In this document: piece after piece, positions 20,045 to 30,058 of the stretch
How positions within the stretch are numbered: position 1 is the stretch's first letter
How the letters are laid out: each line of letters starts with the position of its first letter
From: a virus
Length of the DNA stretch: 64,000 nucleotides
Virus record (IMG/VR): IMGVR_UViG_3300044984_003188
Strand: one strand, 5' to 3'
Notes under the pieces: generated by a model
Told to the model about the DNA's origin: nothing
Databases searched by the model: none
What the model saw: the letters and a program-made list of their open reading frames with translations, nothing else
Translations under genes and position numbers: made by a program

Positions 20045-21756
20045 TAGTATTTAAGAAAATCCGTTTTAAAAACTTCCTTTCAACAGGAAATCAATTTACA
20101 GAAATCGACTTATATAATTCTGGTAATACTCTTATTGTCGGAACAAATGGTGCTGGGAAATCAACACTTCTTGATGCTTTAACTTTTGGTTTATTTGGTA
20201 AAAGTTTTAGAAATATCAATAAACCACAACTTATGAATACTATAACCAAACGTGATCTTTTGGTAGAGATTGAATTTTCAATTGGTAAAAATAACTTCCT
20301 CATAAGAAGAGGAATGAAGCCCAATGTATTTGAAGTATTCTGTAATGATTCACTTCTCAATCAATCTGCTGAGATGCGAGACTATCAAGAAATTCTTGAA
20401 AAGCAGATTTTGAAATCAAACTATAAAACATTTTGTCAGGTTGATATTCTTGGATCGGCTTCATTTGTTCCATTTATGCAATTACCTGCCGCTCAACGAA
20501 GAGCTGTAATTGAAGATTTACTTGATCTACAAGTATTCAGTAATATGAACGTTCTATTGAAAGAACAGATTCAGCAAAACAATCAAGATATTCTAGAAAA
20601 TTCTTATAAAAAGAAAATTATTGATGAAAAGATGAAGTTCCTCAAAGATCATCTTGAAGAACTTACAAAAAAGAGTGCAGCTTTTATTGGGGAAAAGAAA
20701 AATACTATCCAAACCCTTAAGGAAAATATTGTCGAGAAACAAAAAGATATTAGATTAAATAATGCTAATATTAATCAATTAGTTTCCTCAATTAAACATA
20801 TTGACTATTCTACTGTAAAAACAAAACTCTCAAAATTTGAAACTTTGAAAATTGAATTAAATTCTAAAATGGATTTACTTAATAGAGAAATCCATTTTTT
20901 TGAGAATCATGAACATTGTCCAACATGCAATCAAAATATTGACTCTAAGCTTAGTTGTGATAAAATTGAGAATGGGCAAAAAAGAATCAAAGAACTTGAT
21001 GCTGGTTTGATAAAACTTAATACAATGATTTCAGAAATCAGAGATTCAATTATGTTTTATGATTCTACAAATGCAATTATTATTGCGCATAAAAATACTA
21101 TTAATTCAATAGAATTGAGTATCAAGCAAGTTGAATGGAAAATTTCCTCAATTGAGGAAGAAATCAAAGCAGCAAGTGAAAATATTTCCGATTCATCTGA
21201 TTTAAAAATTGTTGATTTGGAAAAAGAACTTGCTGATGTTGCTAAAGAACATAATGATCTTCATGAACATAGATCAGTACTATCTCATGCTGCATCCCTA
21301 CTAAAAGATGGTGGTATTAAAACCAAAATCATAAATCAGTATATTCCAATTATTAATAAGCTAATTAATAAGTATCTATCTTCTATGGATTTCTTTGTTG
21401 ATTTTCAATTGAATGGACAGTTTGAGGAAACAATTAAATCCAGACATCGTGATGAATTTAGTTATGCTTCATTTTCAGAGGGTGAAAAACAACGAATTGA
21501 TCTTGCTCTACTCTTTACATGGAGATCAATAGCCAAACTTAGAAATTCAATGAGTACAAATCTATTAATTTTGGATGAGGTATTTGATTCAAGTCTGGAT
21601 AACAATTCAACCGAAATGCTTATGCAGATTTTAAATACCATAGGCTCAGAGTGTTCTCTCTTTGTGATTTCGCATAAAGATCATTTAATTGAGAGATTTC
21701 CAAATATTATTAGATTTACAAAAAATAAAAACTTTAGCAGAATTGAGGGACAATAA
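20041..21756 (+). CDS. gp46: Recombination ATPase gp46 (Rad50/SbcC-like)
   Basis: GTNGAGKS, CPTC hook, FSEGEKQRIDL, LDEVFDSSLD motifs. Confidence 0.95.
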   Translation: MIVFKKIRFKNFLSTGNQFTEIDLYNSGNTLIVGTNGAGKSTLLDALTFGLFGKSFRNINKPQLMNTITKRDLLVEIEFSIGKNNFLIRRGMKPNVFEVFCNDSLLNQSAEMRDYQEILEKQILKSNYKTFCQVDILGSASFVPFMQLPAAQRRAVIEDLLDLQVFSNMNVLLKEQIQQNNQDILENSYKKKIIDEKMKFLKDHLEELTKKSAAFIGEKKNTIQTLKENIVEKQKDIRLNNANINQLVSSIKHIDYSTVKTKLSKFETLKIELNSKMDLLNREIHFFENHEHCPTCNQNIDSKLSCDKIENGQKRIKELDAGLIKLNTMISEIRDSIMFYDSTNAIIIAHKNTINSIELSIKQVEWKISSIEEEIKAASENISDSSDLKIVDLEKELADVAKEHNDLHEHRSVLSHAASLLKDGGIKTKIINQYIPIINKLINKYLSSMDFFVDFQLNGQFEETIKSRHRDEFSYASFSEGEKQRIDLALLFTWRSIAKLRNSMSTNLLILDEVFDSSLDNNSTEMLMQILNTIGSECSLFVISHKDHLIERFPNIIRFTKNKNFSRIEGQ

Positions 21757-21757
21757 T

Positions 21758-22879
21758 ATGTTTTTATCTATGCTTTATAAACGAACTGCAACAGGTGCAG
21801 TTCAAACATGGGTTATTGAGGTTGAAGGTGATTCATGGAGAACAATTTCTGGTCAACACGGTGGCGCTATGGTCACCTCAACTTGGCACAAATGTTTTGC
21901 TAAAAATACTGGTAAAAAGAATGCTACCACAAATGAAGAACAAGCTGTAATTGAAGCAAAAGCTAAACATAAAAAGCGACTTGAACTTGACTATTTTGAA
22001 AGCATGGATGATATTGATAATGATATCTATTTTAAACCCATGCTTGCAGCAAAATATAAAGATCGTGTAAAAAAACTTGATTTTAAAAAGCAGGTATGGA
22101 CACAACCCAAACTAGATGGGATGCGTTGTATTGTCACAATGTCTGGAATGTATTCACGAGCAGGTGAACAAGTTGTATCTTCACCGCATATTCATGAATA
22201 TATGCTTCAGAATGGATTTTGGGATCAAGATGAATCTTTGGTCTATGATGGCGAGCTATATAATCATGAGTTCCATGAAAATTTCAATGAGCTCATGAGT
22301 ATTGCTAGACAAACCAAACCAACGGCAGAAGATCTAAGCAAGTCAAAAAATCTATTACAGTACCATATCTATGATATCACTGGTGAAAAAGAAGAAACAT
22401 TTAATGAACGATTTGTTTCCAAACCACACCAAAATAGCACATGCGGAACAATTCAATTTGTTCAAACCGATGAAGTCAATAGTCTTGAACAAATTGATGC
22501 TATGTATGAAAAATATCTAGAATTAAATTATGAAGGACAAATGGTCCGAGTCAATGATTTATATCATAATAAGCGTTGCAATACACTCTTAAAAAGAAAA
22601 GAATTCATTGATGAAGAATATAAGATTCTTGATATTGTTGAAGGTAATGGTAATCGTGCTGGTATGGCAGGTAGAATTACTCTTCAGAAGGAAGATAAGC
22701 GTACCTTTGGTGCTGGGATTAAAGGATCACATGAATATTGTAAAAAACTATTACTTGAAAAAGATAAGTATCTCAACAATAATTCAGAGGCAACCATTCG
22801 GTATTTTAAATTAACACCAGATGGAATTCCTCGCTTTCCTGTTGCTGTTTATCTTTATGAAAATGGTAGAAAGGAATAA
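21758..22879 (+). CDS. ATP-dependent DNA ligase
   Basis: PMLA, KLDGMRC, DGELY, YEGQMVR, LLKRKEF, GIPRFP motifs. Confidence 0.92.
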   Translation: MFLSMLYKRTATGAVQTWVIEVEGDSWRTISGQHGGAMVTSTWHKCFAKNTGKKNATTNEEQAVIEAKAKHKKRLELDYFESMDDIDNDIYFKPMLAAKYKDRVKKLDFKKQVWTQPKLDGMRCIVTMSGMYSRAGEQVVSSPHIHEYMLQNGFWDQDESLVYDGELYNHEFHENFNELMSIARQTKPTAEDLSKSKNLLQYHIYDITGEKEETFNERFVSKPHQNSTCGTIQFVQTDEVNSLEQIDAMYEKYLELNYEGQMVRVNDLYHNKRCNTLLKRKEFIDEEYKILDIVEGNGNRAGMAGRITLQKEDKRTFGAGIKGSHEYCKKLLLEKDKYLNNNSEATIRYFKLTPDGIPRFPVAVYLYENGRKE

Positions 22880-23229
22880 TGAAAGTTATTATTGCTGGAA
22901 GTCGTAAAATAAAAGATCCTGAAATAGTTTTAAATGCTATAGAAAATTCTGGCTATAATATAACTGAAGTTGTTTCTGGTAAAGCCAAAGGTGTTGATAC
23001 CATAGGTGAGGCCTATGCTAATATGATGGAAATTCCAATAAAAGAATTTCCTGCAGAATGGACTAAATATGGTAAAACTATTGCTGGACCCATCAGAAAT
23101 AAAGAAATGTCCTTATATGCTGATGCTGCAATTATAATTTGGAATGGTACCTCAACTGGTACTCATAATATGATCCAAAATATGAAAAAAGTTAAGAAAC
23201 CATATTTTTTAGTGAAAGTTAAACAATGA
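22879..23229 (+). CDS. SLOG-family (YspA/DUF2493-like) protein
   Basis: MKVIIAGSR, VVSG.AKGVD, AGPIRN..M, STGT..MI motifs. Confidence 0.8.
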   Translation: MKVIIAGSRKIKDPEIVLNAIENSGYNITEVVSGKAKGVDTIGEAYANMMEIPIKEFPAEWTKYGKTIAGPIRNKEMSLYADAAIIIWNGTSTGTHNMIQNMKKVKKPYFLVKVKQ

Positions 23230-23702
23230 ACTTAATTGAATATACAGACCCAATTTTAAAAGAAATTAGCAAACAATTTGATTTTCAAAATCCACCATTT
23301 GACGCTCTTGAGTTCTCTCAAGAGCTAGTTAAGACAATGTATGATAATAATGGGATTTGTCTTGCCGCTATTCAAGTTGGAATCCCTCTTAGAATATTTG
23401 CTATGAGAGGAACACCAGAGAATTTTGTTTGCTTTAATCCAAGAATTGTGCAACCCTCAGAACAAATGATTCGACTTGAAGAAAAGTCATTGACATACCC
23501 TGGCTTATGTGTTAAAGTAAATCGACCACAACATTGCAGAGTAAGATTTGCTACTCCGAATGGTGAGGTTAGAACAGAAACATTTACAGGGATAACAGCT
23601 CGTGTATTTCAACAATCCATGGACTTTCTTGATGGGCAGCTATTTTACTCAGCTGCTAATTTTATTCATCGTCAGCAAGCTCTAAGGAAATGGAAGCGGT
23701 AA
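23226..23702 (+). CDS. Peptide deformylase homologue with degenerate catalytic motifs
   Basis: PDF fold cues (DPILK, LAA.QVG, FNP.I, ARVF..DG) are present, but HExxH reads QSMDF and EGCLS reads EKSLT. Confidence 0.8.
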   Translation: MNLIEYTDPILKEISKQFDFQNPPFDALEFSQELVKTMYDNNGICLAAIQVGIPLRIFAMRGTPENFVCFNPRIVQPSEQMIRLEEKSLTYPGLCVKVNRPQHCRVRFATPNGEVRTETFTGITARVFQQSMDFLDGQLFYSAANFIHRQQALRKWKR

Positions 23703-23703
23703 A

Positions 23704-24243
23704 GTGAATATTTTCTATCTATCAACTGATGCAGCCGAAGCCGCACAATGGATGGTTGATAAACATGTTGTCAAAATGATTCTAGAATCAGCACAACTAT
23801 TATCTACAGCACACCGTATTTTAGATGGACTTGAAGTTTCCGGTAAATCCAAGACCGGTCGTAATGTAAAGCGTTGGGTACTAAATGATGGGCGTGAATC
23901 TATCATTTATACTGCTACTCATGTAAATCATCCTAGTGCTGTTTGGTGCCGGCAATCAATTGAAAATTATAATTGGCTTGTAGAGCATTTTCACGCTTTA
24001 GGTCAAGAATATACATATCGCTATGGTAAGACACACAAATGTTTTCAGGGTGATTTAGCATATATGCTATCTTCACCCCCAAACAATCTTAAGAACTATG
24101 AATGGACTAAAATGCCATCGGCTATGGCTGATGAGTATAAAATCAGCGATGATCCCTTGACAAACTACAGAAATTATTATAAAGTAGCAAAATCACGGAT
24201 GCACTCGTGGAAAAATCGTCAACCCCCAGAATGGATTATATAA
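23704..24243 (+). CDS. Pyrimidine-dimer DNA glycosylase-like (DenV-related) protein
   Basis: MNIFYL..DKHVVKMILESAQLLSTAH, THVNHPSAVW, YRNYY motifs. Confidence 0.75.
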   Translation: MNIFYLSTDAAEAAQWMVDKHVVKMILESAQLLSTAHRILDGLEVSGKSKTGRNVKRWVLNDGRESIIYTATHVNHPSAVWCRQSIENYNWLVEHFHALGQEYTYRYGKTHKCFQGDLAYMLSSPPNNLKNYEWTKMPSAMADEYKISDDPLTNYRNYYKVAKSRMHSWKNRQPPEWII

Positions 24244-24244
24244 T

Positions 24245-24451
24245 ATGGCTAATTTTTTAGAAGAACATGGTTCTACTTTAATTGTGTTTGTTACAGGAAC
24301 AATTGTACTTGTATCGCTAATCATCGGTGTCTCTATTAGTACTATGAATGGTAATCAGCATTATTATGATGGTATGGAAAAATGTATTAATGCAAAAGGA
24401 ACATGGATCCCTCAACATAATGTTGGTATTTGTCTAGTAAATAAGGTGTAA
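24245..24451 (+). CDS. Small membrane protein
   Basis: One hydrophobic segment. Confidence 0.55.
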   Translation: MANFLEEHGSTLIVFVTGTIVLVSLIIGVSISTMNGNQHYYDGMEKCINAKGTWIPQHNVGICLVNKV

Positions 24452-24455
24452 AAAA

Positions 24456-24824
24456 ATGACAAAATATTCACTCACATTTCAAGAAATTAATGCACTTACC
24501 AGTATTCAAAATAAGCTTTATGGTCAATCCAAGGAAATGGGTTGGCATGATAAACCACGTGAAATTGGAACTAGAATTGCACTTTGTCATTCTGAGCTTT
24601 CTGAAGCACTAGAAGGTGCTCGTAAAAATCTAATGGATGATCATTTGCCTTCTCGCAAGATGCTTGAAGTTGAACTAGCAGATTGTATTATTCGTATCTT
24701 TGATCTTGCCGGTAGTGAAGGTCTAGACGTTGCTGGTGCTATTGCTGAAAAGCATGACTATAATGCCAATCGTGCTGATCACAAGCGTGAAAATCGTGCA
24801 GCAGCTGGTGGTAAAGCTTTCTAA
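24456..24824 (+). CDS. MazG-like NTP pyrophosphohydrolase
   Basis: ALCHSELSEALEG..EVELAD..IRIFD motif. Confidence 0.85.
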   Translation: MTKYSLTFQEINALTSIQNKLYGQSKEMGWHDKPREIGTRIALCHSELSEALEGARKNLMDDHLPSRKMLEVELADCIIRIFDLAGSEGLDVAGAIAEKHDYNANRADHKRENRAAAGGKAF

Positions 24825-24826
24825 AC

Positions 24827-25276
24827 ATGCTACACGATAGTGAGCGTAGAACAAAAACTGGTGCACTTGGTGAAAAATTGGTTGCACGTTACTATCGCTC
24901 ACTTGGTTTCACAGTTGAAGAATCATTAAATCTTAATGATAGCAAAAAAGATATGCTTGTAGGTAATAAAACATGTGAAGTAAAAACACAACAAGTTTGG
25001 CATAAAGAAAACTCTTTTTCTATCAGGGTAAATCAACTAAAAAAATGTAATGATGTTGATATTCTAATATTTGTGGAAACTCCTTCTAAATACAATCAAA
25101 ATACCGTTCGACTACATGAAATGCCAAAAGATAAACGAAAAGTCAAAACACTTACAACATCAGATGGTCGAACAATGCACTTATTCTCTAAGAATAATGC
25201 TATTCTATTAAAAACTATTACTGATGAAGATATCGTAAAACAATTTGAACGATATTCACTTTCAAAATGGAAATAA
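24827..25276 (+). CDS. PD-(D/E)XK nuclease-like protein
   Basis: GALGE..V, D-x(8)-EVK pattern. Confidence 0.6.
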   Translation: MLHDSERRTKTGALGEKLVARYYRSLGFTVEESLNLNDSKKDMLVGNKTCEVKTQQVWHKENSFSIRVNQLKKCNDVDILIFVETPSKYNQNTVRLHEMPKDKRKVKTLTTSDGRTMHLFSKNNAILLKTITDEDIVKQFERYSLSKWK

Positions 25277-25278
25277 AG

Positions 25279-25581
25279 ATGGAAATTAAAGACACATCAA
25301 AAGATTACGAGGACTTAATTGGCTTTAAATCAAAAGAAACAATCCCTGTAAGTCTTGCTGAATTTCTTGGCGAGGAAATTGATACCAAACCAAGAATCAA
25401 ACCAAAACCGGTGGATAAAGAATATCCAGAAGATTGGCAAAATCTTTTTGTGAATTTTAGATCGGAAGAAGATTATATTCAGTTCATGAAAAAAATCAAT
25501 AAAAATCCAGATCCAAAAACATCTGTTTTTGTTTATACAAAAGATAAACAAAATAGTATCCTTGATTTTATGGAATCTTAA
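25279..25581 (+). CDS. Hypothetical protein (similar to the next ORF)
   Basis: LFVNFRSEEDYIQF resembles the neighbour's IKLKFKTMEDRQAF. Confidence 0.6.
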   Translation: MEIKDTSKDYEDLIGFKSKETIPVSLAEFLGEEIDTKPRIKPKPVDKEYPEDWQNLFVNFRSEEDYIQFMKKINKNPDPKTSVFVYTKDKQNSILDFMES

Positions 25582-25583
25582 TT

Positions 25584-25847
25584 ATGCTGTTAGCTGAAAC
25601 CGTTGAAGATCTTCAAAATGAATGGCGCAATCCATACCTTCAATGGTATGCAGCAGGTATGCCAGCATTTAATACGTACGATATTTCACCATATAAACAG
25701 ATTAAACTTAAGTTTAAAACTATGGAAGATCGTCAAGCATTTGCCGACTATCTAGAATATCCATTGACAGAAAAAACAAATGTGATATGGTATCCAGATA
25801 AGGGTAGAGAGAAGAATATTATGAACAGGATTATTGAAGATGAATGA
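25584..25847 (+). CDS. Hypothetical protein linked to the glycosyltransferase
   Basis: W..GMP.F...F...ED...F...LTEKT..IWYP pattern. Confidence 0.6.
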   Translation: MLLAETVEDLQNEWRNPYLQWYAAGMPAFNTYDISPYKQIKLKFKTMEDRQAFADYLEYPLTEKTNVIWYPDKGREKNIMNRIIEDE

Positions 25848-26784
25848 TATCTATCATACTAGATTTCCAATTTATATTATTTCCAAAGGTCGGTGGGAGT
25901 CTAGGTATACTTCCAAGGCTCTAGAAAGCATGGGTGTTCCGTATTTCATTGCGGTTGAACCTCAAGAGTATGAGCAGTATGCTGCAGTCATTGATCCCAA
26001 AAAAGTTTTAACACTACCTTTTTCCAATCATGGTAAAGGTTCTGGACCAGCCCGTAATTGGTGCTGGGAACATTCGCAGGCTAATGGATTTAAACGCCAT
26101 TGGCTAATGGATGATAATATTTTTGAGTTCTGGCGCTTTCATAATAACAAACGCTATAGAATTGGTCGTGGTTCTGCTTGTTTTAGATCAGTAGAAGATT
26201 TTGTTGATCGCTTTGAAAATGTTGCTCTAGCAGGACTTCAATACAAGTTCTTTTGTGTTGATGATTATCCTTATCCTCCTTATATTCTAAATACACGAAT
26301 TATGTCATGCTTTCTTATTGATAACGATTGCCCACATAAGTGGCGTGGTCGCTATAATGAGGACGTTGATCTTTCTATTCGAGTACTTAAGGAAGGTCTA
26401 TGCACAATGCTTTTCTACTCTTTTCTATGTGGTAAAGCAAGAACCGGCACAATTAAAGGTGGTAACACTTCAGAAATTTACAACAATTATCAAGAAGATG
26501 CATCACTAAAAAAGTCTCAAATGCTTCTAGAGATGCACCCTGATGTGGTGACTCTACAGGAAAGATATGGTAGAATCCATCATCAAGTTGACCTTGAAGC
26601 AATCATTAATAAAAATGGTCAACCTGCTAGACTAAATCCACTTATTCTCAAAAAAGATGTAAAAATTGTGAATAAAAATGATAACTACGGTATGAAACTA
26701 ATTCGTGAGTTTGGCACTGATCAAGCTTATGAGGATACCGAATATTCAATTGAAAAATATCCAAGCGGTAGGAAAAACTTTTAA
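25840..26784 (+). CDS. GT-A fold glycosyltransferase (TET-associated/GREB1-like type), putative DNA base glycosylation
   Basis: PIYIISKGR, ARNWCWEHS, HWLMDDNI, WRGRYNEDVDLS motifs. Confidence 0.75.
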   Translation: MNDIYHTRFPIYIISKGRWESRYTSKALESMGVPYFIAVEPQEYEQYAAVIDPKKVLTLPFSNHGKGSGPARNWCWEHSQANGFKRHWLMDDNIFEFWRFHNNKRYRIGRGSACFRSVEDFVDRFENVALAGLQYKFFCVDDYPYPPYILNTRIMSCFLIDNDCPHKWRGRYNEDVDLSIRVLKEGLCTMLFYSFLCGKARTGTIKGGNTSEIYNNYQEDASLKKSQMLLEMHPDVVTLQERYGRIHHQVDLEAIINKNGQPARLNPLILKKDVKIVNKNDNYGMKLIREFGTDQAYEDTEYSIEKYPSGRKNF

Positions 26785-27740
26785 TGGCTCATATTTTTAT
26801 TACAGGTATTGCTGGTTTTATTGGCTTTCATCTAGCACAAAAGCTACATGAAGCTGGTCATGAAGTTTCTGGGATGGATAATTTTAATGATTACTATGAT
26901 GTAACTCTTAAAAATACACGTGCTGATATTTTAGATAAAAATTATATTTTTGTTTATCGACGTAATTTACTAGATAAAAATGATACTTTCTACACTTTAA
27001 AGAATGAAAACCCAGATATGGTCATTCATCTAGCTGCATATGCTGGTGTCCGACATTCATATGATCATGCTATGGATTATATCCAAAATAATATTGTTGC
27101 TACACAGAATCTTATTGAAGTGCTTGAAGAACTTAATATCAATAAAGCAATCTATGCTTCTACTTCTTGTGTCATGGCAGGCAATCAACTACCATGGAAA
27201 GAAGATGAACCTACTGGGCATCAACTAAACCCATATGGATATACCAAGCGCACAAATGAATGTCAGTTTAAAACTTCCAAGATCAAGCAAAATATTGGTC
27301 TAAGGTTCTTTACTGTTTATGGTCCATATGGTCGACCTGATATGGCGCTATTTCAGTTTGCCGAAGCTGCTGTAAAAGGTAAAACCATCGATGTTTATAA
27401 CTACGGTGATATGAAACGTGATTTTACCTATGTAGATGATATTGTGAATGGAATTGAAATCTTGATGAATCATATTTTAAATACTGAAGAATCACAAGCA
27501 GAAATCTACAACATTGGTCGTGGTCAACAAGTTCAGCTTATGGACTTTATTTCAGAGATCGAAAAGAATATGGGTCATGAAATCAAGAAAAATCTAGTAC
27601 CACGCCATCCTGCTGATACACTAGAAACTTGGTCAGATACCACAAAGCTCCAAGCACTTGGATGGAAACCAAAAGTTTCTATTTCAGAAGGTGTTGCTAA
27701 ATTTTGTGAGTGGTATAAGCAATATTATAAGGTGAACTAA
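26784..27740 (+). CDS. NAD-dependent epimerase (UDP-glucuronate 4-epimerase-like)
   Basis: GIAGFIG, HLAAYAGVRHS, YxxxK, RFFTVYGPYGRPDMA, RDFTYVDD motifs. Confidence 0.9.
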   Translation: MAHIFITGIAGFIGFHLAQKLHEAGHEVSGMDNFNDYYDVTLKNTRADILDKNYIFVYRRNLLDKNDTFYTLKNENPDMVIHLAAYAGVRHSYDHAMDYIQNNIVATQNLIEVLEELNINKAIYASTSCVMAGNQLPWKEDEPTGHQLNPYGYTKRTNECQFKTSKIKQNIGLRFFTVYGPYGRPDMALFQFAEAAVKGKTIDVYNYGDMKRDFTYVDDIVNGIEILMNHILNTEESQAEIYNIGRGQQVQLMDFISEIEKNMGHEIKKNLVPRHPADTLETWSDTTKLQALGWKPKVSISEGVAKFCEWYKQYYKVN

Positions 27741-28189
27741 TGAAATGGCACTGGAACTATCTAAATCTTGCTAAAGAGATTTCAACTTGGTCTAAGGACC
27801 CATCCACAAAAATTGGTGCTGTTGCGGTGGGTAAACATGGTCAGATATTAGCGACCGGTTATAATGGCTTTCCTCGTAAAATTAAAGATACTGAGAAAAG
27901 ACTTAATGATAAAGAAATTAAATACTCATACACAATTCATGGAGAAATGAATTGCATTTATAATGCAACGCTCACTGGTGTAAGTTTACATAAAGCAACT
28001 CTTTATGTACATGGATTACCAGTTTGCTCCGAATGTGCTAAGGGTATTGCGCAAGTTGGCATTAAGCGTGTTTTTGCTTGTCATCCAATAAATGTTAATG
28101 TTAAATGGGAACAATCAAACTACTTAAGTCAACAAATTTTCAATGAAGCTGGAATTGAATATAACAGCATAATCTCTGAAAGACAATAA
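27740..28189 (+). CDS. dCMP deaminase
   Basis: SKDPSTKIGAV, GYNGFPR, HGEMN, C..C motifs. Confidence 0.9.
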   Translation: MKWHWNYLNLAKEISTWSKDPSTKIGAVAVGKHGQILATGYNGFPRKIKDTEKRLNDKEIKYSYTIHGEMNCIYNATLTGVSLHKATLYVHGLPVCSECAKGIAQVGIKRVFACHPINVNVKWEQSNYLSQQIFNEAGIEYNSIISERQ

Positions 28190-28192
28190 AAT

Positions 28193-28585
28193 ATGAATTA
28201 TGAAAATGATACATATCACTACTATAATGGTCTAAAAGCTTCTGATAATCCAGATCCACTAGATACTTCGGAATATACTTTACAACAATATAAAACTTAC
28301 AAGAATACCCCAAGCATTGATTATAAATACTCTGAAGATATGATTATTCAGGATCTATCTGAGTACATTAATTGTACCTATGGTGAGCACTATAAAGCAC
28401 AAGATGAAATTGAATGCTTTGATGCTTGGATTGCCCTAGGTACTGCTTCCGGCACATTTCGTGATAATGCAATGAAATATCTATGGCGATATGGCAAAAA
28501 GAACGGATCTAATAAAGATGATTTAATGAAAGCTTTGCATTATATCATGTTACTACTTCACAATGATTTTTATAAAAAGGGCTAA
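28193..28585 (+). CDS. DUF3310-like protein
   Basis: HY...IE..D, NAMKYLWRYGKK, DLMKALHY motifs. Confidence 0.75.
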   Translation: MNYENDTYHYYNGLKASDNPDPLDTSEYTLQQYKTYKNTPSIDYKYSEDMIIQDLSEYINCTYGEHYKAQDEIECFDAWIALGTASGTFRDNAMKYLWRYGKKNGSNKDDLMKALHYIMLLLHNDFYKKG

Positions 28586-28589
28586 ATGA

Positions 28590-29438
28590 ATGGAAATTAA
28601 AATTGATATGGATGTCCTCCGCCAGAGGAAGTTATTTGTAGCCACACCCATGTACGGTGGGCAATGCGCTGGTATGTTTACCAAATCAGTAGCAGATTTA
28701 GCCGCTATTTGCTCTGCAAATGGTCTGGATCTTAGATCATATTTTCTCTTTAACGAATCTCTTATTACTAGAGCTAGAAACTATTGTGTCGATGAGTTCA
28801 TGCGCTCTGATTGCACACATATGATGTTCATTGACTCTGATATTGGATTTGATCCACGAGATATTATTGCAATGCTTGCCCTTCAATCAGAAGAATCTGA
28901 ATATGATGTTCTTGCAGGACCATACCCAAAGAAAACAATTTCTTGGGAAAAGATCAAGATGGCAGTCGATAAGGGTATTGCGGATGAAGACCCATCGGTT
29001 CTAGAAAAGTTTGTTGGTGATTATGTTTTCAATCCAAAAGCCAATACAACACAAGTAAGAATTGATGAACCAGTCGAAGTTTCTGAAGTCGGTACTGGGT
29101 TCATGATGACCAGACGTTCAGCTTTTGAAAAGTTTGCAAAGGCTTATCCTGATTATTCTTATAGACCAGACCATGTTCGTACCGAACATTTTGATGGTTC
29201 TCGTGAAATCATGCAGTACTTCCAAGCTGAAATTGATCCTGCTTCAAAGCGTTATCTATCTGAAGACTACTGGTTCTGCCAAAAGCTAATGGCTATCGGT
29301 GGAAAGATTTGGTATTGCCCATGGATGAAACTACAACATGTTGGTTCTTATATCTTTGGTGGATCACTTGCTGACCTAGCATCTATTGGAGCCCCTGCTA
29401 CTGCAGATCCTTCTCAACTCCGTAAAGGAAAGAAATAA
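28590..29438 (+). CDS. GT-A fold glycosyltransferase-like protein
   Basis: VATPMYGG, ESLITRARN, FIDSDI, GTGFM, YLSEDYWFC motifs. Confidence 0.75.
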   Translation: MEIKIDMDVLRQRKLFVATPMYGGQCAGMFTKSVADLAAICSANGLDLRSYFLFNESLITRARNYCVDEFMRSDCTHMMFIDSDIGFDPRDIIAMLALQSEESEYDVLAGPYPKKTISWEKIKMAVDKGIADEDPSVLEKFVGDYVFNPKANTTQVRIDEPVEVSEVGTGFMMTRRSAFEKFAKAYPDYSYRPDHVRTEHFDGSREIMQYFQAEIDPASKRYLSEDYWFCQKLMAIGGKIWYCPWMKLQHVGSYIFGGSLADLASIGAPATADPSQLRKGKK

Positions 29439-29442
29439 TATT

Positions 29443-30039
29443 ATGAATAAAGTTTATATTCTACTTGATCGTTCTGGTTCAATGGCTTCAATGTGGAAGC
29501 AAGCCATTGACGGTATCAATTCTTATGTAAGGAATATTGAAAATACCCAAATTATGATTGCTGCTTTTGATACAGTTGATTATACAGTTGTAAGAAATTG
29601 CACAAAGGAAAACTGGGATCCATTAAGTTATAATGAAATTACTCCCCGTGGTGGAACTCCACTTCTAGATGCTTCTGGTAGAATCATGTGGTCTATGCAT
29701 GATTCTAAGGCTAAAAGAGCAATCTTAGTTGTAGTCACTGATGGGCATGAAAATTCATCAACCAAGTTCAAAGCATCTGAAATCAAGGACATGACTAAGA
29801 AGTTGACAACTGATTTAAATTATGATATAGTCTTCCTAGGTGCTAATTTTGATGGCATTGGTGAAGTTGCAAATAAAAATTTCGGGTGGAGTGACCAATC
29901 TAGAATGGTGCAAACCTCTGTTAGAGGATTTGGTGATGTAATGGTTGGTCTAAGCGCTAAGACCTCAGATTATTTTACCACTGGTGCAAAAGCCACTGCA
30001 TTATATAATGCAGATGAATTAAGTAAAGCAAAGTCCTAA
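29443..30039 (+). CDS. vWA domain protein
   Basis: LDRSGSM MIDAS motif, GGTPLLDA, TDGHENSS. Confidence 0.85.
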   Translation: MNKVYILLDRSGSMASMWKQAIDGINSYVRNIENTQIMIAAFDTVDYTVVRNCTKENWDPLSYNEITPRGGTPLLDASGRIMWSMHDSKAKRAILVVVTDGHENSSTKFKASEIKDMTKKLTTDLNYDIVFLGANFDGIGEVANKNFGWSDQSRMVQTSVRGFGDVMVGLSAKTSDYFTTGAKATALYNADELSKAKS

Positions 30040-30058
30040 TAGGAGATTATATTATATC

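Noticed and set aside
21689-21757. Extended N-terminus of the DNA ligase
   Set aside because: Overlaps the end of gp46; ATG 21758 has an SD (GAGGGA) and is the better start.
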